Shown one piece after another: positions 1 to 12,551 of a DNA stretch of 64,000 bases. This stretch comes from Malacoraja senta (taxonomy: Eukaryota). A program made the position numbers and the translations under genes. Each line of letters opens with the position of its first letter. Within the stretch, counting starts at the first letter, position 1. The stretch spans positions 21,020,001 to 21,084,000 of the forward strand of contig CM075988.1 in the NCBI GenBank assembly GCA_038087875.1, in the 5' to 3' direction. Below the pieces are notes generated by a model that had not been told where the DNA came from, searched no databases, and saw only the letters and a program-made list of their open reading frames with translations.

Positions 1-168
1 CTGTCTCCGCCTACATTCTATCTTTGTCTCGCCCCCTCCCCCTGAAGAAGGGTCTCGACCCTAAACGGCTCCCATTCCTTCTTTCCAGAGATGCTGCCTG
101 TCCCACTGAGTTACTCCAGCATTTTGTGTCTACCTTCGATTTTAATCAGCATCCGCAGTTCTGTCTTA
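1..168 (+). mobile_element. Penelope-like element terminal (pLTR) fragment with degenerate hammerhead core
   Basis: CTGAAGAAGGGTCTCGACCCtAAAC followed by the family tail ccagagatgctgcctgtccc..ctgagttactccagcattttgtgtctac, which recurs dozens of times in the window. Confidence 0.7.
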
Positions 169-1104
169 CACATACCTATCAGGTCTCCCTCAATCTACGA
201 TGTTACAGAGAAAATAATCCAGATTTTTCCAAGTAATTCCGACATTCTGAGCTTTCAGACCGCAGTGAACTTCCGATATATTAGAATTGTTATATTGTAA
301 GCTAACGTTATTAACATCCAGAAAAGATATGGACATCAAAATGATTTACTGAATGAAATAATGCTGGGACTCAGTCTGGGACACTCTGATTCCCGTGTCT
401 GAGTGGCATATCATTGCCAGTGCTGTAGCTCACATTCGCTGTGAAAGCTGAAGAGAGTCAATGTGACATTTTTAATCTCTTCCCACATCAGAAATCATTT
501 CAGCTTAATTGAAAGAGACTAATTGGTTGCATTTGCACGAAGCTAAATTTAGTCTCCACCAGGGGTCTGCGGCATCACACTAAAGATGTCAGCCCGATTA
601 TGTCAAATGGGAGCGGTTGATGAGTTCCAGCACTCCACTTGTTCATTCTCAGCGCAGGGGCACCACCTGCAAGCCGAACCCTCCTTGCCCAACTTTAAAT
701 TCTCTTGTGCAGGAAGGGACTGCAGAAACTGGTTTAAACCAAAGATGGACACAAAACGCTGGAGCAACTCAGCGGGTCAGGCAGCATCTCTGGAGAGAAG
801 GAACAGGTGACATTTCGGGTCGAACTGAATCGCTTGCTGGACCAGAGCAGGAAGCAGTTGAGACTGAAATTCATGGTCTGGTGTATCTTATAGTCCAAGC
901 CGACTAAAAAAATCTGTTCACTTAAGAATGTTAGGGCAACAAGTGGGATTTCAAGCCCCTCTAGTTTTGTTTACTGTAAATGACACAGCATTTTTCATAT
1001 TTCCAATTTGTTTTCTGTAATTTAATTTAAATTTCCGAGTTCCCTTGCTGGGATATCTCCTGATCATTAGGAGATCACCATGTTACCATCTCCGGCAGAA
1101 CTTT

Positions 1105-1520
1105 GGCGTAGGTGGTAGAGCCGCTGCCTCACGGCGCTAGAGACCCGGGTTTGATCCTAACCTCGGGTGCTGTCTGTGTGGAGTTTGCATGTTCTGCCTG
1201 GTGATGGTGTGGGCTTGCTCTGGCTGCTCCCGTTTCCACAAGTTTGTCGGTTAATTGGCTTGGTGTAAGTGTAAATTGTTCCTGGTGTGTGTAGGATAGT
1301 GTTAACGTGTGGGGTGATCGCTGGTCGGTGCGGATTCGGAGGGCCGAGGGGGCCGGTATCCGCCCTGTATCTCTAAACTAAACTAAACATCCACATCCCA
1401 AAGACATGAAGGTTTGTAATTCCCCGCTGGCGTGTGGGGAGTAAATAAGAAAGTGGGATAACATAGGTTGGCATGGACTCAGTGGGCCGAAGGGCCTGTT
1501 TCCATGCTGTTTCTCTAAAT
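1105..1520 (+). mobile_element. HE1-type tRNA-derived V-SINE (rearranged copy)
   Basis: tRNA-like head with B box (GGTTTGATCC), V-domain-like core (gtgtggagtttgcatgttct..), LINE-type tail ending (taaac)n. Confidence 0.8.
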
Positions 1521-1653
1521 CTACTTCGGTTCCAGCTCACATCCATTAGCACTTATAGGCTTCTGTTTTTTAAATAAACATGAGACATTCTTCCCCTATA
1601 AAGAATTTAACTGCACTGAATTGGTGACTGGCACAGGCAAACTCTGAGCTTTA

Positions 1654-1970
1654 AGGGGCTGTCCCACTGAACGAGCTAATTCAAGAGTTCTCCAGAGTTT
1701 CCCCTGATTCGAACTCGGAGAATTATGGTAATGGCCGCTCGTGGGTGCTTGGGGCTCTCGTGGACATTTTTCAACATGTTCAAAAATCTTCACGAGTCTT
1801 CACGAGCTTACCGCGTTTCCCGAGTACCTGCCGTTAGCGTTACGAGCCGCTAAGAGACGTCCCGAGCTCTGACGTACCCGCTACGTACATTCTACGTGCT
1901 TACCACGAGTTTGTTTTTTTTTTAAACTCGGGAGAGCTCTTGAATGAACTCGTACAGTGGGACAGGCCCT
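1654..1970. mobile_element. PIF/Harbinger-type MITE, subfamily A, complete
   Basis: TIRs AGGGGCTGTCCCACTG / CAGTGGGACAGGCCCT; TTA target-site duplication at 1651-1653 and 1971-1973. Confidence 0.9.
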
Positions 1971-2882
1971 TTACCCTCCTTATTATTGTCTACTCTTGTC
2001 CACGTCTTTTTTCTTTCCAAATGGTATGCCTACTTTGAAGAAGTTCTCCTCCTCTCTCCGACGACAGTTCTGCAACACCCTCTCTCGCTGCCCCCTCTCC
2101 CCTGACTCGCAGTCCGAAGGAGGGTCTCGACCCGAAACGTCGCCCATTACTTCCCTCCAGAGATGCTGCCTGCCCTGCTGAGTTACTCCAGCATTTTGTG
2201 TTTATCTACTTACTCTTTACTTTCTACTTGTTTTAAGGGGGCCAAGTTCCGTAATTCTAGCAAAACCTCAGGGCCTTCAGCAAAAAAAAAAACCCCAAAA
2301 TGCTGGAGGAATCAGCGGGTCAGGCAGCATCTATGGAGGGAATGGTCAGACAACGTTTTGGGTCAGGATCGGAGATAAGGAGAGAAGAGGAATGGAGTGT
2401 AAAAGCAGAGGAAAGGATCCCAAGTCCTTTGTTTTCCTGTTATCTCCCCCACCCCCTTTCCCTTCACCGCCCCCCCCCTCCTATCCCCCTTCCATCCATA
2501 ACACTCCCTCCAGCCTTACATTTCTCTCCTCCTCTTCTCTCCCTATCTGCCACTCTTTTGTCCCCTCTTCACCTCTAGCCTTTGTCGCTTACTCCACCCA
2601 TCTACCATTCTAACACCCCCATTGTATTTGCCTGTATTTCCCAGGTTTTATCCTGCTCCACCCATTTGCCAGCTTTACCAGCTTTCTCCCCCTACTCCAA
2701 TTGGTCTGAGGAAGGGTCCCGACCCAAAATATCGCCCGTCCATTCCCTCCACAGATGCTGCCTTGCCCCGAAGCACAGCTGTGTTTGCGTAACCCATTCC
2801 TTCGCTCGGTGCAGAGATTCCATCCTTTCTTTGCGTCTTCAAGAGCAATTTAATCTTTTAACTTGTTAACCTTGTAACGTTT

Positions 2883-3530
2883 GGCCGCTACAGTGGTGCA
2901 GCTGCTAGACCTGTTGCCTCATAGCGCCAGAGACCAGTGTACGATCCTGACCTCCATGTGCTCTCTGTGTGGAGTTTGCACGTTCTCCCTGTGACTGCAT
3001 GGATTTCCTACGCGTGCTCCCGATTCCTCCCACATCCCAAAGATGGGTGATTTTGGCAGGTTAATTGACCTCTGCAATATCGCTCCTAGTGTGTAGGTGA
3101 ATGGTAGAATCTAGGGGGAATTGATGGCAATATGGTGAGAATAAAGTTGGATTAGATTAGTGTAGGAAGGAACTGCAGATGCTGGGATAAGCTGAAGATA
3201 GACACAAAAAGCTGGAGTAACTCAGAAGGGTCTCGACCCGAAACATCACCCATTCCTTCTTTCCAGAGATGCTGCAAGTCCAACTGAGTTACAAAATCAC
3301 ACATCATTGGGATGTGGGAGGAATCGGGAGCACCCGTAGGAAATCCATGCAGTCACAGGGAGAACATGCAAACTCCACACAGAGAGCAGTGGAGGTCAGG
3401 ATCGTACAAGTCCAACTGCTTCTTGTGTCTATTTCTGGATTAGATTAGTGGCAGGTTGTTGTGAATGGATGGTCAGCATGGACTCAATGGGCCAAGAGGC
3501 CTGTTTCTATGTTGTACCTCTCTAATCTAA
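2883..3530 (+). mobile_element. HE1-type SINE interrupted by a Penelope-derived foldback element (3163-3435)
   Basis: SINE head at 2883; insertion flanked by direct repeat TGGATTAGATTAGTG (3148-3162, 3436-3450); SINE tail resumes after 3450. Confidence 0.75.
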
Positions 3531-4854
3531 TTTTCCCAACTCTGATCAGATTTCATTGATATGAAGCATCTGTATTTTCTCTTTCTATTTCTGGTTTCCA
3601 TCATCTGCAGGGATATACCTCTAGACTGAAACTCTAAAAGTTATCATGGCATTTTCTGACATGCCTTTTAGAAAATCCTTCAACAATTGCTGCTCTTTCC
3701 CAAGTAATTATCTCTGCGATCCTTGACAGAGGGTTTGATCAAGGAGGTCACTTACAACTTATTTACAGCGCATTAACTTGATCGCAAGGGAGATAAAAAA
3801 CTTATATTAAAATAACAAGTTTCCAATAACTTTGCTATTCCAAATGTGTAGGGAGTACTCTGCCACACTCACTAAACTACATTCATTCATTCATTCATTC
3901 ATCATCGTTGAAAACATTTGCGGCACTGGTTTCCAACAGGAACGGTGACGGACGCACCACACATCTCTGTCCTCCCGTTCCTGCGGACTTCCTCCGCTGG
4001 AAGTATAGGATTTTGGCTTTATCATCATTCCTTACAATGCCATGTACGACAGTGATCGCAACTTCCACCAAAGTAAACTACAGATGCTGGAAATCTGAAT
4101 CAAAAGCAGAAAGTGCTGGAAGTACCTATCTGGTCAGGCAGCGTCCATGGAGAGAGATCTGAAATAGTAACTCTGCTTCTTTTCTCCACACTTGCTGCCT
4201 TGACCTACTGAGGACTTCCAGCATTCCCTGCTTTTATTTCATATTTCCAGCATCTGCAGATATGTGATTTGAATAAATAGGTACGTTTGGTTTAGATTGA
4301 GGTTTAGGTTTAGGCGTTCGTTTATTATTGTCACATGCACAGAGGTCATAAGGTTACAAGGAATAGGAGTAGAATTAGGCCATTCGACCCATCAAGTGTA
4401 CTCCACCATCAAATCATGGCTGATCTATCTCTCCCTCCTAACCCCATTTTCCTGCCTTCTCCCCATAACCTCTGACACCCATACTAATCAAGAAGAAGAG
4501 GTACAGTGAAAAGTTTGTTTTGCATACTATCCAAATAAGTTAGATAATACTATACATAAATACAATCAAGCACAACTCAAGTACAGTTTGTAGGAAACAA
4601 CTGCAGATGCTGGTTTATACCAAAGATAGACACAAAGTGCTGGAGTAACTCATCTGTTCAGGCAGCATCTCAGGAGAGAAGGGGATGAGTAATGTTTCAG
4701 GTCGGAACCCTTATCTTGCATTAAACATTATTCCCTTTACCATGTATCTGTACACTGTGGATGACTTGATTGTGACTATGTATTGTCTTTCCGCTGACTG
4801 GTTATCCCGCAATTAAAGCTTTTTGCTGTACCTCGGTGCACGTGGCAATAAACT

Positions 4855-5040
4855 TAACTAAACTAAACTGACCTACAAACCTGCACGTCTTTGAGATGTG
4901 GGAGGAAACCGGAGCACCCGGAGGAAACCCACAGGGAGAACGTGCGGACTCCACACAGACAGCACCGGAGTTCAAGATGGAACCTGGGTCTCTGGTGCTG
5001 TGAGGTGGCCGCTCTACCAGCTGTGCTACTGTGCCACCCT
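4855..5040 (-). mobile_element. HE1-type SINE (partial)
   Basis: Reverse complement of the SINE head and core. Confidence 0.8.
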
Positions 5041-5986
5041 TGCAAGCAGTAATTCAGTCATTCCATTTATTATTATTCCGTGGCATCTTCTCTGACCATC
5101 CCATTGGAAAGAGGCAGTGATCAGCCATGATCACATTGAATGGTGGTGCTGGCTCGAAGGGCCAAATGGCCTACTCCTGCACCGATTGTCTATTGTCTAC
5201 AAGCTGCAAAATGTAAACTCCAAGGTTGCCTCTTGTTATACATTCTCCCCTTTGTTCAAACAGGCATATTGTACGATCAAATCAGTGTTTAATAGCCAAG
5301 CAATTAAATTATTAAGTATCAATCAATAGGTATCAGACTGATAAACTGAGAACAAGAACCTCCAGCTATCCAATGTTTCAACTTGCCTGTACTGAGCATG
5401 AAGCTTATTTCTCACGGAATAGGTTTTCTGCCGAGATATTTTCTGTGCGTGCATTTCTGCCACAAGGTTGTTGCCTTCAAGACTAGAGGGTCTGAGTCTG
5501 TAGGAGAGGTTGGGTAAACTGGGGCTTTTCTTCCTCGAGTGAAGGGAACTAAGGGGTGACCTTGTAGAGGTTTGTAATATCATGAGGGCCATGAACAAAA
5601 TGAATGGGCACTATCCTTTTCCCAGGGTAAGGGAGTCTAAAGCTGGAGGGCAATATCTACCACCCTGCCGAGAACACAGAGTGCTGGAGTAACTCAGCGG
5701 GTCAGGTAGCTTCCCTGGAGGGCATGGACAGGCAGCTTCGGGTAGGGATAGGCAGCATCTGAAGAAGGGTCCAAGCCAAAACGTTGTCTATCCATGTTCT
5801 CCAGAGATGCTACCTGACCTGCTGAGTTACTCCAGTAATTTGTGTTTTACACAAGCTTCCAGCATCTGCAGCTCCTTGTGTCTCCTCTCCACCACCCTGT
5901 CTTCACCAGTCCTCTTGGTCACCTCTTCAAAAATCCACGAGGCACAATTTCCCACACAAAACCACCCTTAATCCCTAATGAATCAA

Positions 5987-6272
5987 GGCACAGTGCACAG
6001 CAGTAGAGAGTTGCTGTTAACAGCGCCAGAGACTCGGGTTCGATCCTGACTACATGCGCTATAAGTACCGAGTTTGTACGTTCTCCCTGTGACCGCATGG
6101 GTTTTCCCCGGGTGCTCCTGTTTCCTCCCACACTGCAAAGACGTGCAGGTTTGTAAGTTAATCGGCTTAGTGTCAATTGGCCTTAGTGTGTAGGATAGTG
6201 CTAGTGTATGGGGATCATTGGTCGCCGCGGACTTGGTGGACCAAAGGTCCTGTTTCCACGTTGTATCTCTAA
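5987..6272 (+). mobile_element. HE1-type SINE
   Basis: Head, B box GGTTCGATCC, core and tail all present. Confidence 0.85.
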
Positions 6273-6854
6273 AGTAAGGATCGGCCATGATCAAACTGTG
6301 CAGCAGACTCGATGGGCCAACTGGTCCAATTCTCCTCCTTGTCTTATGGTGTAACAAGTTGCCCTGGACGTTCTCCATCTCATTTTTAAAAGCCTCCCAC
6401 TTGCAGATAGATGTTCCTTTACCTGCTAACAGCTGAAATTTGGCTGAATTGTAACTGACTTCTCTCAGAAAGATGCTCAGCTTTGTGAAGATGACTGCAC
6501 ACTAATGCAGTATCTTCACACACAGAGGGCAGTGGACTAACTAGGCATCTCACCACCTTCACAACGGCAATAAGAATGAACAACAATATTGCCTTTGCCA
6601 CTGCTGCCCACTTACTGCGGATAAAATCCCCTGAATACATGGATATTTATTTCAAATGGCAATTCATTTTAGTTAAGGTTGGTATAGGCAACTGAACCAT
6701 CCTACCAACAACTAGAGAGCAGTCCTGAGCTACTATCTACCGCCTGAGACCCTTGGACTATCTTTGAACGCACTTCACTGGACGTTATCTTGCACTAAAC
6801 ATTATTCACGTCATTCCCTCTATCATGTGTCTGTACAGTGGGGATGGCTCGATA

Positions 6855-7385
6855 TCAAGATCCAAGATCCAAGATTCAAGAGAGTGTATTGTCGTGTGTC
6901 CCAGATAGGACAATGAAATTCTTGCTTTGCTTCAACACAACAGAATATAGAAGGCATGAATACAGAACAGATCAGTGTGTCCATATACCATTGTATAAAT
7001 ATATACACACATGAATAAATAAAACAGATAAAGTGCAAATAAACAGATAATGGGCTATTAATGTTCAGAGTTTTGTTTGAGTTGAGTTCAATAGCCTGAT
7101 GGCTGTGGGGAAGAAGCTGTTTCTGAACCTGGACGTTGCAGTCTTCAGGCTCCTGTACCTTCTACCTGAAGGTAGCGGGACTATGAGTGTGTGGCCAGGA
7201 TGGTGTGGGTCCTTGATGATGCTGCCAGCCTTTTTGAGGCAGCGACTGCGATAGATCCCCTCGATGGTAGGGAGGTCAGAGCCGATGATGGACTGGGCAG
7301 TGTTTACTACTTTTTGTAGTATTTTTCGCTCCTGTGCGCTCAAGTTGCCGAACCAAGCCACGATGCAACCGGTCAGCACGTGTTG
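6855..7385 (-). mobile_element. Rex1/Babar-like LINE 3' fragment
   Basis: Encodes GCIVAWFGN..LQKVVNTAQSIIG..IIKDPHHPGH..LPSGRRYRSL..RFRNSFFPTAIRLLN, typical of the Rex1 RT C-terminus, then a 3' UTR with short-repeat tail. Confidence 0.8.
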
Positions 7386-7682
7386 TCTTTCCGCTGACTG
7401 GATAGTACGCAACAAAAGCTTTTCACTGTACCTCGGTACACAGGACAATAAACTAAACTCAGCTCAATAGCTCCAGGTTGAATTTGCTACCAGATCCAGG
7501 CTCATGTGACAAGCTCACAGCTGAATTCTGTACCTGACTCTCAACGCTATCCTAACAATTTGGGAACAGCAGTCTGAATCGTGGTAAAATACACACTGCC
7601 TGCTGGGCCCAATACCAATCTTAAAGCTTCAAACCAGCTGCACCTCTAAATCTCTAAATGCAATATCATTTTCAATTAGGGT

Positions 7683-7912
7683 CATAGTCATCGAGTGATA
7701 CAGTGTGGAAACAGGCCCTTCGGCCCAACTTGCCAACACCGGCCAACATGTCCCAGCTACTCTAGTCCCACCTGCCTGCATTTGCTCCATATCCCTCCAA
7801 ACCTGCCCTATCCATGTACCTGTCTAACTGCTTCTTAAACATTGGGATAGTCCCTGCCTCAACCACCTCCTCTGGCAGCTTGTTCCATAAACCCACCACC
7901 CTCTATGTGAAA
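7683..7912 (-). mobile_element. CR1/HER1-type LINE 3' end
   Basis: Reverse complement of ..VVGLWNKLPEEVVEAG.. plus the family 3' UTR. Confidence 0.8.
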
Positions 7913-8447
7913 TCACCATTTCCCTGCATTAAAATGTCTACTTTAGTGACAATATAACAAACTCTTTCAATCCTTGCCCTCTTAGTTAAAAGTTATTTTC
8001 TAATCGGAATTTCAATTAGGGAGATGAAAATAAGTTCAAATGAGTGACCGATATAAGTGTGAAAAAATCTGACTGTGTTAATTCACCTGAGTTCATTAAT
8101 TCTCATGGATTGTCGTCCAAATGTAAGTTCTGATCTCTCATCCAGATTCACGTCGCGAGAAAACATTGTTATTCAAGTCTAATTGGATGATTTTTCACTC
8201 GAATACACTGTTTGAATAAGTATCGAGGGTAGTGGAAAGGTCACGCTTAGCATTTTACAATCCTCAATTGATAAAAAATCTTCCAGACCAGGCTGTGTGA
8301 GGTTGGGACGTGCATTCACTGGGTTGCAGCCACTAGGTGTCGCCGTGGAGCAAAGCAGAGGCCTTGCGTTGAAGAATTGGTGTTACTATCAGTTTATTAT
8401 TGTAATGTGTACTGGCCGAGAAGCTATCCGGTCAAAACATACCATAA

Positions 8448-9100
8448 AGGCTGCACGGTGGCGCAGCAGGTAGATCTGCTGCCTTACAGCGCCGGAGACC
8501 CAGGCTCCATTCTGACTATGGGTGCTGCCTGTGCGGAGTTTGCACGTCCCCCCTGCGACCGAGTGGGTTTTCTCAGGGTGCTCCAGTTTCCTCCCACATT
8601 TCAAAGATCGTGAGAGGAATAGATCAGGTAAATGGACAGAGCCTCTTGCCCAGAGCAGGGGAATCCAGAATCAGAGGCCATAGTTTTAAGGTGAGGGGGG
8701 GGGGGGTGGGGGGTGGGGGAGACAATAGGCACCTGAGGGGTAACTTTTTCACCCAAAGGTTGGTGGGTGTATGGAACAAGGAGGTAGTTGAGGCAGGTAC
8801 TATCGCAACAAACATTTAGACAGGTATATGGATAGGATAGGTATAGAGGGATATGGCCAAATGCAGGCAGGTGGGACTGGTGTAGATGGGACAAGTTGTG
8901 CTGAAGGGCCTGGTTCTATGCTGTATAACTCAATGAGTATCTATGACTCTATGTGGAGGTGTGGAGGTTAATTGGCTTCAGTAAATTGTGCCTAGTATGT
9001 AGGATGCAAAAATCAGAGAGCATTGAACTAGTGTATGCATGATCAATGGTCAGCATGGTCCCAGTGGGCCGAATGGCCTGTTTCCATTCTGCACCTCTAA
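8448..9100 (+). mobile_element. HE1-type SINE with nested CR1 LINE 3' fragment (about 8605-8950)
   Basis: SINE 5' half, then RGIDQVN..IRGHSFKV..FFTQRLVGVWN, then the SINE 3' half. Confidence 0.75.
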
Positions 9101-9992
9101 ATTCTGAACATGAGTACAATCAAGCCATATGAGTGCACAGGTAGTTCAGAGTGAAAAATACCAGAGTACAGAATACAGTGTTACAATGTGTTATCATTAT
9201 GGTTACAGAAAAGTGCAAGGTCTGTATTGAGGTAGGTTGGAAGATCAGGACTACATCCTAACTTATGGGAGGTCCATTCAGTACTCTGACAATAGCAGGA
9301 AAGAAGCTGTCCCTAAATCAGGTGGTACGTGCTTTTAAACTTTTATATCTTCTGCCCAACTTGAGTGGGGAGAAGAGGGAATGACTGGGGTGAAAATTGT
9401 CTTTGATTATGTTAGCTGCTTTCCTGAGGTAACCTGGAGTTGATGGTGGGGAGTCTGGTCTCTGTGATGGGCTGGGCTGCATCCACAACTCTGTAACTCC
9501 CCAGACTACAGGCACATTATTCGAGCTACAGAATATGTCGTATGAAAAAGTGTCTGACAAAGTCATTTAGCCACTCTGAATTTTGTATCTTCATGTTACT
9601 CAAAGTATTGTCAAACTCAATTTCACACACAGCATTCTCTAAACCCTGGCTACAGTTAAGACAATTTCTTGTTTAACACTTAGTGTATTGAACCTTACGT
9701 TATTCTGTTTGTTATCCAGGGCCGGAGGAGGTTTACGAGAATTATTCTGGGGATGATTGGATTAATGTATGTGGAGCGTTTGATGGCTCTGGGCCTGTGC
9801 GCACTGGAGTTTAGAAGGATGAAGAGGAATCCCATTGAATAATGAAAGGCCTAGATAGAGCGGAAGTAGCTAAAACCAGCAATGATCATCATACAACTTG
9901 AAAATGAGCGATGACCTCCAGTGCCAAACTGGACAGCTCTCTGAGATCCACTAAATATGATAATGGAAAACAGAACAAGCTGAAAAGTATAA

Positions 9993-10169
9993 GAAAGAAC
10001 TGCAGATGCTGGAAAAATCTAAGGTAGACAAAAATGCTGGAGAAACTCAGCGGGTGAGGCAGCATCTATGGAGCGAAGGAAATAGGCAACGTTTCGGGTC
10101 GAAACCCTTCTTCAGACTCTCCATAGATGCTGCCTCACCCCCTGAGTTTCTCCAGCATTTTTGTCTAAT
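9993..10169. mobile_element. Penelope-derived foldback element with 13-bp TSD
   Basis: Inverted arms around a hammerhead core; CTGAAAAGTATAA at 9980-9992 and 10170-10182. Confidence 0.8.
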
Positions 10170-11384
10170 CTGAAAAGTATAATCTTTTAACTGTCACTGA
10201 GAGAGCTCTACCTACAGAGCAATCCATCCTTAATTAACATAGAACTATACACAGAAGAACAGAGATAGATAGCTTCTTGATTAGTACCAGTGTCAGAGGT
10301 TATGGGGAGAAGGAAGGAGAATGGGGTTAGGAGGGAGAGATAGATCAGTCGTGATTGAATGGCGGAGTAGACTTGATGGGCCGGTTGGCCTAATTCTACT
10401 CCTATTCCTTATGACCTCATAAAGCTCCCAGAGATTGTTGTAAAAACCTCCCTAGCTAACAAGTGCCTTTTAAAACAGTATATTAGCCATTCTTACCCAT
10501 TCTGCCCTACAGGTAGCTCTGGATCACAGCTACGGACCATGCAAGCCATTTGGTATTGATATTGGTCTAGGTTCGTTATTGTCACCTATACCAAGGTACA
10601 GTCTACCCCATGACAGAATGGGAAGGAGTTGTACAGTTTGATAGCTAAAAGGGAAAAAGGATCTCCTGTGGTGTTCTTTGCAAATGCAGAGCAACTCTTG
10701 CCCTCTGAATGAACAACATAGCAGGGTCTCGACCCGAAACGTCACCCATTTCCTTCTCTCCAGAGATGCTGCCCGACCCGCTGAGTTACTCCAGCATTTT
10801 GTGTCTATCTTCGGTTTCAACCAGCACCTGCAGTTTCTTCTTTCACACGACATAGAGCAGATCCGGTCGGGCCAGGTACAAGAGCAGGAGCCCAAGGACC
10901 TAACAATGGTTGTTGTGTACCTGGGGGTGGGGGAGGGGTCATCAGTGGTGGGCGGGGTCATGATGGGGGTGGGGCCAACAGGGGGCGTGGTTGTGGAGGG
11001 GAGGGGCCACTGGAGGGGGCAGGGCCATGTCCGGATTGGGGCGTGGCCAGCATTGATGATTGACGGGCGGTACAAGAGGGCAGGAGGGGCGCGGCGGTGA
11101 GTGGAGGGGGGGCTATGGGGTACAATGGGCGGGGCTTTATGTAACTGATGGGGGAGGGGCATTGAGGGGGCGGGGCTATGGTAGGAGGGGTGGGGGTGGT
11201 GGAGACTATGGGACCACCCGGGAGGGTCCTTGGTCAACCCCCTCCCTTCCCCCCACCCCCGGCCCTCGCCCGTCCAGCGCTGGATCTCAGACTCCACCCC
11301 AACCCCCAGCAACATCTGCCCCGTCCCGAGGCCCACATCTGGTGCACATCTGGACCTCCTGAGCACCAGGAACGGACAGCGAGT

Positions 11385-11645
11385 CATCCCCACCCCCATC
11401 CCCACCCCCATCCCCACCCCCATCCCCACCTCCATCTCCAACCCCACCCCCATCCCCACCCCCATCCCCACCCCCATCCCCACCCCCATCCCCACCTCCA
11501 TCTCCATCCCCACCCCCATCTCCATTGCCATCTCCATCCCCATCTCCATCTCCATCTCCATCCCCACCCCCATCTCCATTGCCATCCCCACCTCCATCTC
11601 CACCCCCATTCCCATCCCCACCCCCATTCCCATCCCCATCCCTAT
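11385..11645. repeat. C-rich hexamer-based tandem repeat (CCCCAT/CCCCAC/CTCCAT)
   Basis: Directly visible; source of the PH, PI/PT, MG and GD repetitive ORFs. Confidence 0.95.
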
Positions 11646-12551
11646 TCCAGGGCGGGTATCCTGGCCCTGTAGTGTGGTGACATCTCCCGAACCGGACCAA
11701 CGTTGAACAAAGGTCTGAGAGAAAGGTCCAGACCCGAAACGTCCTCCAGAGATGCTGCCTGGCCCGGCTGAGTTACTCCAACACTTGGTGTCCAACAGCG
11801 ACCAAGATAGATAGCACATAAAAAGTGCTGGAGGAACCCAGCGGGTCGATCGGGCAGCATCTGTGGAAGTTTCAGGTCTATGTCAACCAGCATCTGCAGT
11901 TCCTTCATCCGTGGAGGTCTGGGGCAGGCTACATTTCGGGCTCTCCACCGATGTTGCTGTCTGACCCCCTGAGTTCCTCCAGCATTTTGCATTCATCGCA
12001 CGATTCCAGCATCTGCAATTCCCTTGTGTCTCTTTTGAACAGAGTTCAACAGTTCAAGACCACCCAGGGATCTATGGACGACTTTATTTAACCAATGCCC
12101 GCACCAACAAAATGTGTAGAAAGGAACTACAGATGCTGGTTTATAGCGAAGCTGGCCGACCCGCTGAGTTACTCCAGCACTTTGTGTCTATCTCCAGTAC
12201 CCAATGAGTTAAAGTTTAAAACATAATTAGTAGCGCCTACTGTTTGCATCTCCTGTTATGCATCACAGTTTGTCAGTTGTAGGATAGTGCTTGTCCGCCT
12301 TCGTCGACAGGGACTGTTCGTTCTCCGGGTGCAACGCGCAATAATTAGCCTGATAAATTACAATAATTCTTCCCATCTCTGTATCTTCCTGACAAGAGCA
12401 TTTCTCATACAACGAAACTAATCGCGTTCCTGTGCTGCTCAGACAACGCAGACCCCCCCCCCCACCACCACCACCACCCAAAACCTGGATGAATTGCAAG
12501 CACCTAGTATTCAGGCAGCATCGGCAGAAAAAGAAAAATATCTAACGCCCC

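Noticed and set aside
6419..6640. Minus-strand ORF with a hydrophobic stretch (GDF..AKAILLFILIAVV)
   Set aside because: Only vague likeness to a dispanin exon 2; no acceptor and no partner exon on that strand
10530..11819. 429-aa ORF and overlapping His-Pro, Pro-Ile and Gly-Asp rich ORFs
   Set aside because: Open frames arise from the stop-free hexamer repeat and flanking PLE/Rex1 fragments; several frames on both strands are open
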